From: Chiloscyllium plagiosum
Lineage: Eukaryota
Direction of reading: 5' to 3'
Length of the DNA: 56,713 nucleotides
Assembly (NCBI RefSeq): GCF_004010195.1
Contig: NC_057718.1
Location: 76,469,642 to 76,526,354, forward strand
Positions within the stretch are counted from its first letter, which is position 1, and each line of letters starts with the position of its first letter. The notes beneath the pieces are model-generated. The model was given only the letters and a program-made list of their open reading frames with translations, was not told the origin of the DNA and did no database searches. Made by a program: the position numbers and the translations under genes. Shown here piece after piece: positions 47,435 to 56,713 of the stretch.

Positions 47435-49290
47435 GTGGCAGGGAGCAATGTCCAGTGGGGTTCTGCAAGGATCTGTATTGAGGCTGTTGCTGGTTTTGGT
47501 TTATATAAATGATTTAGGAAGGTTGGTTAGTAAGATCATGGATGATACAAAAATTGGTGGGGTGGCAATTAGTGAAGAGGATAGCCTAAGATCACAAAAG
47601 GATATAGATGAGCTGATTTGTGGCAAATGGAATTTAATCTGGCTAAGTGTCAGGTGTTGCACTTGGGCAAGAAGAACAAGGTAAGAGAACATATGACACA
47701 TGGTAGGATCTAGGAAGCATGGAAGTTTAGCATAGAGTTTAGGAGCAGGGAGGTTGTGCTGGAGCTGTATAAAATGTTGGTTAGGCCACAGCTAGAATAT
47801 TGTATGCATTTCTAGAATTCACATTATTGGAGGGATGTGGTAGCATTGGAAAGAGTCAAAAGGAGATTTACCAGGCAGCTGCATGGGTTGGAAAGGATAA
47901 GTTATGAAAAGATATTAGATAGACTGGCATTGTTTTCCTTGTAGCAGCAGAAACTGAGCGGTACATGACTGAGGTGTACAAAATCATGAGGGACATTGAT
48001 AAGGTTCATAGGAAGAAATATTTTCCCTTGCTGGAGGAGTTAATGACCAGAAGGCATAGACATAAGCAAGGGGCAGGAAGTTTAAAGGGAATGTGAGGAA
48101 ACATGTTTTTACTCAGATGCCCTTATCTTTCTAGATGGAAAGGGTTTGAATCTTTGAATTTCTGCAGCGCACCTTTGTAGATAGTAGCAGCAGTGCGTAT
48201 GAAATATCGGTGCAGAGTGACTGAATACTCATGGATGCAATGCCAATCAAATGAATTGTTTTGTATTGGATGGTATTCAGCTTATTGAGAATTTATTGGA
48301 GCTGCACTCAGTGATATGGGTAGAGAATATTCTTTCACAGTTATTACTCCTATTTTGTAGATGGTTGATAGGCATTGGGGAGTTAGGAGATGAGTTACAC
48401 ACTGCAATATTCTCAGCCTCTGATCTGCTCTTGTAGCCATAAAACTAATTCAGTTCAGTTTCTGATCAATGGCAACCCCAAGGATGTTGATGATGGGGAA
48501 CTTAGTGATGGTGTCACTATTAAAACTCAAGGCGAATTATTAGATTGTCTTTGTGAGATGGTTATTGCATGGCATTTGTGTGGTGTGAGTCTTGCTTGTT
48601 ACTTGAACATCTCCACTTCTGACCTTATGATGGAAGGGAGGTGCTCATTTTACTGGTACAGGCTCAGTGGGATGAATGGCCTTTTTCCATGATGTGGATT
48701 TGTATGACTCTGTGACAAGTCTCAGACCAACCTTAAGGAAAAGAACAGATAGGTTAGGAGACATTCATTTCTGGAAGACACGATGAAGCATTTGATACGG
48801 TACTGCATAAAATAGGAGCACATGGTACTGAGGATGGTATATATATATATATCATGAATAGAAGATTGGCGAACTAATAGAAGGCTATAAGAATTATCTC
48901 AACTGATAGAATTGGATAAGGGGAGCATTTTCAAGTTGGCAACCTAGGTAGAGCCCACAGAATCATTGCACAGCCCACACTTATTTATGATATATACTAA
49001 TAAGCTGGATGAGGAAAGTGCATGGACTGTTGTCAAATTGCAGATAATGCAATAACAGACAGGAAGGCAAATAGTGAGGATGATAGAGTCTACCAAGGAC
49101 TATGGATTGGTTAGATGAGTGGGCAAAATCTTGGCTCATGCAGTGTAAAATGGGAAAATATGAAGTGATACACCAGGAAGAGGAAGGAGGAAAGAGCTGA
49201 ATGTTATTCAAATGGAGAAAGATTTCAGAAGGTCACAGTACTGACGGATTTGAGGGTACTTATGCATAAATCACAAGGAAGCTAACAGTT
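47435..49290 (+). mobile_element. Cluster of degenerate CR1 fragments with an antisense fragment of the older LINE family (~48120-48640)
   Basis: SGVLQGSVLRLLLVLVYINDLGRLVSKIMDDTKIGG at 47450-47560; CR1 RT remnants to 48115 and again 48780-49290; 48120-48640 is similar to 23000-23760. Confidence 0.7.
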
Positions 49291-50054
49291 GGAGTCATAG
49301 AGTCATAGAGTCCTTTTGAGATAATGATTACAGTGTACAGTATAGCTATGTAAAATAAAATGTGTGAGACAATTTGACTGCATCAGATCTGAAGAAAAGC
49401 AACATATTTATTAATGTATATTCATGCTCATTTAATGCTACAGAAATCAGATGGAAGAAAGATTAACTTGGAGCAGTCATTTGTGGAGCATAGATCTGAA
49501 CAGTTTTAAGTAATATTTAGTTTTTTTCCTAGTTTCTTCGTTGTGTTATTTTTCACCAGTGTTTCACAGCTTTCTAATAATATTTACAAATATTTCACGA
49601 TATTTAAAGTTATATTTCTCATTTTCTTCCAATATAACAGGATTATCATCAAATGGTTAAGTGTGCATAATAATAAAAAAACCCACTCACTATTTTGTTC
49701 TGTCCACAAACACACAGTTTAAATTTTTATCATTGCCCCATTTGTTTAGGCATTATTGAGACAAACCAAAAGTGTTTCTGCTTTCCTTAAAAATAATACC
49801 TTCTGAATATACTCCAATTTAAAAGGTGCCCTTTTAAATATTTAGCAACAGCAGATTCAGATGTTTGGCATTTGAGCATTTAATATGATGTCATTATGCC
49901 CAAGAGACCCAGACATGTGCAAAAGAACAGTGCGAGGGAGCAGCCACATGTCAGAAGCCAATTTATTGAAAGGTTGAACATTTAACAGCAACACAGATCA
50001 AATATCCAACTACAGGGAATTCCTCTTCACAGCCAACTCATTAACCTGTTAAAA

Positions 50055-50460
50055 CTTGGCTCAGTGGTAGCACTTTGTCTCTCAGTTAGATTGGGATTAA
50101 ATTTAAAACAGAATTAAAGTAGATTTCTATCCAGATATGTAGATTAGTTTTGATGGAATGCTACATTGTCAGATGTGTTTTCTTTTGGATGAAGTATTGA
50201 ATGAAGGCCCTAATTCTGTTCTGTTGAATATAAAATATGTTTGGAGATTTTTTTAAATAAAGCAGGTGGTGTTTCTTAGTGTCCCGATTCATAAGCCTCC
50301 CTAACACAGCAAAACAGTTTAACTTTATCTTCTTCAAACTGCTTTTTGTGCAATGTTGTGTAGGAGTTGACGGCCACATTTTCAATGATAACAGCACTGA
50401 CTACATTTTGGAAAATAGCTCATTGGGTTTTAAGAATCCAGATTTTATGAGGATTTCTTA
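50055..50460 (+). mobile_element. Diverged Deu-domain SINE
   Basis: Head ttggctcagtggtagcact; ggaatgctacattgtcaga...ttttggatga...gaaggccc; acagcactgactacatt. Confidence 0.55.
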
Positions 50461-50939
50461 CGTGTCTATGAGGAAGAGTAGGATAGTAAAAGGAAAAAGT
50501 GAAAGGAAACATACTTTCTGTTTTCCTATTTCAACATTATGTTACTCTGATTAACATGTAAAAATGTAGAGAATGATGTTTCAACCTTTTTGTTACAACA
50601 TTTGTGTTGTAATATATACAGTTTTGTGTGGGAATATTTCTGTGTTTGTTCCAACAAAATATGGCATTACATCAGCTTTAAATATTTATTTTATTAACAT
50701 GATGTTTTTGCCACCTGTTCCTGTGAGAACACTCCACCCATGGGCTGACTGACTCCCAGCAATCAGTAACAGAATCAACATGGAGTTACAGTTGAACTGA
50801 TGAATCAACCTAAAATGTGAGCTTTGTTTCTCTCCATAGATGCTTCCAGAACAGCCAAACCTTTCCAATAATTTGTGCTTTTATTGCAGATTTCCAACAT
50901 CCATTGCACAGCAATTTGTTGTAGAAAAAAACCAGAAGA

Positions 50940-51500
50940 ATATATTCACTGTTGTAATGTTGTAAACATGAGCCAATTGTGCACAGCAAGATCCCGTAAT
51001 CCCCAACATGATAATAAGCAGTTAATCTGATTTTTTTTACCTAATTCAGTACATTCGGTTCTGCTATAACACATGTTTCTTCAATGTGAATTAGCTTTAA
51101 GATGATTGAAGAATTTAGACTGTTGTTTGTTGAATGCAAACTTTCCTTACCTATATTGGCTATAACGTGATTCCTGCCTCTATTAGTTTAAATGGCGCAG
51201 CTATTGTGCAATACGGGTAAAGCAAGATCACACAAGAATGGAACTATTGTGTTATACCAGAACCAACTGTACTTTTTAAAGTTATGTAGTGATTTGATAA
51301 TGTAAATTTGAGATATAAATGTTGGCCATGACTTAGAAATAATGCCCTGATCTATGAAATAATGCCATGAAGGTTTTTTTAGATGCAGCTGAGAGAGCAG
51401 ATAGGATCATCATTTAACATCAGCAAAATAACAATAGCGCTACACTCCCTCGGTATCACCCAAATCCTGTTCAATCCAAGGTGAAAGTGCTACCAACTGA
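50940..51500 (-). mobile_element. Deu-domain SINE split by a MITE
   Basis: cactgttgtaatgt...gccaattgtgcacagcaagatccc | gatataaatgttggccatgac...tgagagagcaga...aagtgctaccaactga. Confidence 0.7.
51052..51269. mobile_element. 218-bp Tc1/mariner (pogo/Tigger-like) MITE
   Basis: TA at 51050-51051 and 51270-51271 flank terminal inverted repeats CATTCGGTTCTGCTATAACACA / TGTGTTATACCAGAACCAACTG (22 bp, 3 mismatches). Confidence 0.8.
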
Positions 51501-52129
51501 ATTGGTTTGATATTTTTAGAAAAGCTACATTTGTTTTACTAGTGTTCTTTGAATACTATTGCAGGACAGTGCTGTTGGAATTGTATCTGTTAATAAATGT
51601 ACCTTCAAACCAATTTTACATACTTAAACAATGGCTAAATCAGTATGAAATGAGATCGTGGTGATATTTTTTGGAAATAGTATCATTGAAAATGAAAAGA
51701 GTAAGATTCAAGAACTGAAAATTTTGAAATATAAACTTTAGAATATTCGAAATACTGAGCAGGGCAGGCAGCCTCTGTGAAAAGGAACAGTTAACTAATT
51801 CTGATGACAGGTATTCAATGTGAAATGATTCTTTGTAATTCTTCTGAAAACTTTTGTCTGATTCCCTGAATAGAGACTTGAAGATTACCCAAAATGAGGT
51901 AAAGAGAGTCATATTTCAAACTGGTGCTATCAAAGAACCATTATAAGCATTTAACTAGGAGTTGTGGAAGATGAAGTACCAAAGGTACAGAACAGCCTCA
52001 GATCTGTTTAAAGCAGTAATAATTGAAGGTTAGAATTTTCCTTTCTGCAATGGCCCCAGTGTCAAACAGATCCTTAACAAGCAGCTATAGAAATCAGAGA
52101 GAGACACTTTGATACATTTGAATGAATTG

Positions 52130-54295
52130 GCTTTGAGGAAGAGGAAGTTTTCATGAGCTTGGAAGTGGATAAAGGAGGGATGCCAGAGGACTAGAGGACA
52201 ATTAATAAGGTAACATTATTTGAGAAGGGTGGCAGGGATAAACGAGGAAACTACATGCCAGTGAGTCTAACATGAGTGGAAGGGAAACTATTGGAAGCAA
52301 AATTCTGAGGGGCAGAATTAATCTGCACTTGGAAGGGCAAGGACTAATCCAGAGTAGTAATTATGGCTTTGTAATGCAGAGATCATATCTAATAAACTGG
52401 GTTTAATTTTTTGAGGACAGGAGTATAGATGTAGATAGTCTATATTGGCTTCAGAAAGGCTTTTGACCAGGTACCACATGGTACAAAGGTTAAGAAGCTA
52501 AGCTTTTTGGCAGATAGGACCATAGAATTGGTTTAGTGACAAGAAGAAGACGGTGATGGTCAAAGGATGCTTTTATGACCTGAAGCCTATGTCCAGTGCC
52601 ACATCACAGGGTTTGGTGCTGGGGCCCTTGCAATTTATGTGCATTAATGGTTTAGACATGAATGTAAGAAATACAAGCTGTAAATTCACAGATAACATGA
52701 AAATTTATGGTATGGTAAATAGCAAGTAGAAAAGCCTTAGATTACGAGATGATATAGATGGATGAGTCAGTTGGGCTGAACAGTGGCAAATGGAATTTAA
52801 TCCTGAAAGTTTGAGGTGATGCATTTTTGGATGACTAAGAGGCATGGGAATACATGATGTATGGCAGGAGCGTAGGAAGTTCAGAGGGTCAAAGGAACCT
52901 TGTTATGCATGTTCCTTGAAGGTAGCAGGTCAAGTAGATAAGGTGATTACGAGGGCAAACAAGATATTTGCTCTTATTAGTCCAGTTCTTGAATACAACA
53001 GCAAGGAGGTTATGATGGGCTGTTGGTATCAATAGTTAAAGACACAGCTAGAATAATGTACGCAGTTCTGGCTGCCACGCAACAGAAGGATATGACTGCA
53101 CTAGAGGGGGTGCAGAAGAAATTCACCAAGATGCTGCTTGGGATGGAATGATTCAGCTCTGAAGAAAGACTAGGTAAGTTGGGATTGTTTTCCTTGGAGC
53201 AGAGAAGGCTGAGTGGGGAACTGATTGAGAAGTACAAAGTTCTGAGGGGAATAGACAAGGGAAACTTTTCCCTTTAGTGGGAGAGATTAATAAGTAGTTT
53301 TAAGGTAAAGAGACAGAGGTTTAGAAGGCATTTGAGGCAAAATCTTTTCACTCAGAGAATTGTGGATATCTGGAACTCACTGTCTAAAAGAGTGGTAGAG
53401 GCAAGAACTCTCAAGACATTTTACAACAACTTTACAAGAGTATTGGAAAATGAATGATGATTTATTGTCACTTGTACTCTACAATGAACAACATCCGTCA
53501 GGTACAGTGAAAAGCTTCAACTGTGGCCACAATCCCGCACCATTCAAATACTTCAAGAATATAAAGACAAAGCCGAATGAAAGTCGTCTTCACTCTACCA
53601 CCTCCACCATGAGAGCTGAGCCCTGAGCCAGCTGACCAACAACACCCTTGTCACCATTTTGCCGGATCCCCAAATTTCAGAGTCACCACTCTTTAGGTGC
53701 CATCTCTTCATTGCTGGGCCCACCCTTCTGGTGGGGCACTGATAGTGGGTCCTTTGCTTGACCCACACTTGCCCTGCAACCAGTGCCTCGCCGACAACCA
53801 GGAGACCCCAGCTCCAGCCCTATCACAGCCAGAAACTGTCGCCACCACAATGCAGAGGACCAGGAGTGCTCACTTTCGGCTTACCCTAACCAGATGTCCC
53901 TGCCACCACTTCAGCTGCAGCCTCACAATGCCTGGAATCCCCACTCCAGATGCACCACAGCCACGGGTCCTGGGCTTCAATGCGAGCACAGGCCACCATC
54001 TCGCCAAGAGTCCTGCGCTGTATGTTCTGCGCCACAACGTCACTCCCCGCTCTGTCACTGACATCAAGAATACAATGAAAAAGAAAAGGAAACAAGACCA
54101 CAAGGGTAAGGAAAGAGGGAGGAAGTGACCACCTTGGGCAGATGGGCCCAGGAGCCCAAACATTGCCAATCTTATCAGCACCGCCATCTTAGATTGATGA
54201 AGATTAGATTAGGTGGATATCTGATGATTGGTAGGAACATCATGTGATGAAAGTCCTCTTTCTGTCATGTAGACAAAATTATGACTCTATGACAC
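52130..54295 (+). mobile_element. Degenerate CR1 (RT to 3' tail) interrupted at 53451-54190
   Basis: NYMPVSLT, FRKAFDQVPHG, WAEQWQMEFNP, LEGVQKKFTKML, FTQRIVDIWNSL; tail tatgactctatgac near 54280. Confidence 0.8.
53451..54190 (-). mobile_element. 740-bp non-autonomous retroelement-like insert
   Basis: Minus strand starts AAGATGGCGGTGCTG and ends gagtacaagtgacaataaatcatcattca; GC-richer than its flanks; tail shared with 6783 and 19115. Confidence 0.55.
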
Positions 54296-54947
54296 ATATC
54301 ACGTCAGTCATAAAATGAATAAATGTGATATGCAAATAACAAAATATCAATTGCCATAAGAACAGAGTGTTAGACTTAACAATATATCACCTAAGGAATG
54401 GAAGTGTTGTGCCAAGTGTTTCAATTAATGCTCAGGACAAATGTTCAGGATGTACTAGAATGAAGGAAAATGAATTACAGATTAGGGAGAAAATAGTATG
54501 GAATGGAGTCATGTTCCACCAGGACCATAGCATTTCTCTCTATTAAAAAGAGGCAACTAATTATGTTTAGTTTGAGGAAGCATGTGGTAAGGTAAGCAGG
54601 CAGGACTCCGTGAAATATTATAATCGATACAAGGATTGAACTTGTATTTTTTTGCACCACACACTAATTATCCAATCAACTGAGCTAACTAATACCACGC
54701 AAGGTGCCTAACAAATTGTTAGTTTTTATCTAGTTATTCCAATGTTACAAACTCTGCAGGACATTTGGGCAATAACTGAATATAATCAATTCAAACAAGT
54801 GGGCATCTGCTACATATTGCGGCTTAAATTAGAATTTTGTAGAAGTAGAATCTTCACTTCTGGAAATTACAATAATTTTTCACATTGCTTTTATAAACCT
54901 GGAATTGAAAATGGATGTAATTATTGACCACTTGTAATAAAACATGT

Positions 54948-54982
54948 AGTCTCTTTACCTCTATATGCTTTCTCCATTGTAG
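54948..54982 (+). promoter_or_regulatory. 3' splice acceptor (polypyrimidine tract + AG) of the FILIP1 first coding exon
   Basis: gtctctttacctctatatgctttctccattgtAG directly precedes gttggaATG. Confidence 0.8.
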
Positions 54983-54988
54983 GTTGGA

Positions 54989-55255
54989 ATGAGATCCCGG
55001 AGCAGTGGAGAATCGCCATCTCATGGGCGTGTGTCCAGGGACAACAACCATGAAGGTGAGGAAAGCACTTCTGTAGGCAGTAAAAAGAAGAAGAAGACTC
55101 ATCGCCAACATGATGGAGAAAAGTTAATGGGGGTATCAGGTCCTGCAAAGAAACAGCAGAAATCAACTGAAGAAAATGAGCAACAAAAGAAGTTACTGGA
55201 GCTCTCGAAAGATGATCTCCTGCGTCTGCTCAGCATAATGGAAGGGGAAATTGAG
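54989..55255 (+). CDS. FILIP1: Filamin-A-interacting protein 1, first coding exon (89 codons; remainder of gene lies outside the window)
   Basis: Translation MRSRSSGESPSHGRVS...KKKKK...KKLLELSKDDLLRLLSIMEGEIE matches the FILIP1 N-terminus as I recall it (MRSRNQGGES...KKKKK...LELSKEDLIQLLSIMEGELQ). Polypyrimidine tract plus AG at 54981-54982, 6 nt of 5'UTR before the ATG, and a phase-0 donor GAG|GTGAGA at 55255/55256. FILIP1L is the paralogous alternative but the poly-K tract and LELSK motif fit FILIP1 better. Confidence 0.9.
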
Positions 55256-55885
55256 GTGAGATTTAAGTAGCAATGTCTTTAACATTTACAAATTTATTTT
55301 GTAGGCTACATACTGCTATCTAATTATGAACCAGAAGATTGGAACAGATAGTGACATCAGGTTGAGTTGCTAATCTTAATATTACGCATAGAATAAATTC
55401 AGAGAGAACATTGCCAGCTGAACATTACCACACACTTTCTAACAGCCATTTAGAATCAGTGTGAGCAGAAACCTGGAAGCTCCCTTGGATGCAATGAGTG
55501 TTATGGGTTGGAAGTCTAGAAGAGCAGAGGAAGGAAATGATTGAGAAAGAAAGGAAAGGACAGACTTGGCCTAAAAAACAAACTGTAAGCAATTCAAAGT
55601 CCCATAAAAATATATGAGACACATAATTCTGTACATAAAGTAAGTCTTGGCCAGAAGAACAGACGACAGTCAGCAATCCATTTACAGACTCACAGTTACA
55701 AAAGTGGTTTTATTGCAACACAATATGAATGAGATTGATTACAAATGCACTCAGAAAATGTTGGCAAATTCTTAATGAAAATATTAAAGACAACAATTTT
55801 CCATCAACTGTAGGATTTAGGATCCAAGGAAATCAAACAACAGTCCAAGAATTCTCTTGTTAGTACAAACCCTTATAGATATAGA

Positions 55886-56205
55886 CATAGAATCCTTACA
55901 GTGTGGAAACAGGCCCTTCGGCCCAACGAGTCCACACCGACCCTCTGAAGAGTAACTCACTCAGACCCATTCCCCCGAGTTTATACTTACCCCCAACTAA
56001 TGCACATAACCTATACGTCCCTGAACACTATGGGAAATTTAGCATGGCCAATTCACCTAACCTGCACATCGTTGGATTGTGGGAGGAAGCCCACACAGAC
56101 ACGGGGAGAATATGCAAATTCCACACAGTCACCCGAGGCTGGGATTGAACCTCGTCCCTGACTCTGTGAGGCAGCAGTGCTAACCACTGAGCAACCATGC
56201 TTCCC
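55886..56205 (-). mobile_element. HE1 SINE in the intron after the FILIP1 exon
   Basis: Minus-strand head, V-domain and tail. Confidence 0.92.
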
Positions 56206-56544
56206 CAATGGTAAAGAAGAAACCTGCAGTTATGTAGCAACATATATATCCTCAGGTCATGCAAAATGTTAGACAGTGAATTAATTATTTTTGAGGTGTG
56301 GTCTTTGATTCCTGTGGACACGTGTGACAGTTTGTACATAGTCAGGTTCCATTGCCACCACAGTGATAAATTACTACTTTGCCATTGATTAAGAGATATT
56401 CATTGTCCGAACTCCAGGAAAAGACTTGGCTCAGCTTCAAATACCACCATGGGGTCTTTTATATTTGACTGAATTAGCAGACAGCAACTCAGTTTTACAG
56501 CTCAAAAAATAGGGCAGCATAACTAGTAGTACACTAACAACGGC

Positions 56545-56629
56545 AAGGAAACTGACCCTTCGGTCCATACCAATCAGATATCCCAACCCATTCTAGTCCC
56601 ACCTGCCAGCACCTGGTCCATATCCCTCA
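56545..56629 (-). mobile_element. CR1 3' tail fragment
   Basis: ggaaactgacccttcggtcca...cagatatcccaaccc...tagtcccacctgccagcacctggtccatatccctc, homologous to 42290-42385. Confidence 0.75.
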
Positions 56630-56713
56630 AAGGAGAAAGTGAGGTCTGCAGATGCTGGAGATCAAAGTTGAAACTTTATTGCTGGAACAGCCCAGCAGGT
56701 CAGGCAGCATCCA
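56630..56713 (-). mobile_element. PLE 3' tail (family A), continuing beyond the window
   Basis: aggagaaagtgaggtctgcagatgctggagatca...cagcaggtcaggcagcatcca is the reverse complement of the 4640-4709 tail. Confidence 0.8.

Noticed and set aside
50790..51830. Further hammerhead-like CTGATGA motifs near 50797 and 51801
   Set aside because: Probably old PLE tails, but stem II and the GAAA context are too decayed to call ribozymes
53697..54128. 143-aa + strand ORF just upstream of FILIP1 as an extra exon
   Set aside because: Lies wholly inside an inserted element, starts at GTG, has no recognisable domain and no FILIP1 similarity

Overview
Vertebrate genomic DNA, almost certainly from a shark: HE1-type V-SINEs, CR1 LINEs, Deu-domain SINEs and Penelope-like elements dominate, and the HE1 variants resemble those I recall from bamboo/carpet sharks. 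It has two assembly gaps (2105-2527, 4109-4485). The only host coding sequence is the first coding exon of FILIP1 (+ strand, ATG 54989, donor after 55255), so most of the window is probably the long intron upstream of that exon (inference). The rest is a nested stack of transposable elements: ten HE1 SINEs, many CR1 fragments including a 3.2-kb copy nested in an older LINE, RTE and L2 remnants, a decayed PIF/Harbinger element with its Myb/SANT gene, a Tc1/mariner-type MITE, and Penelope-like insertions. The most interesting signal is a set of very small (90-650 bp) TSD-flanked Penelope-derived inserts made largely of a minimal, dimer-type hammerhead ribozyme. One copy has a fully canonical core (4599-4626); others carry CpG-type core mutations. 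Repeat family names come from my recognition of motifs, not a database search, and boundaries of old repeats are approximate.
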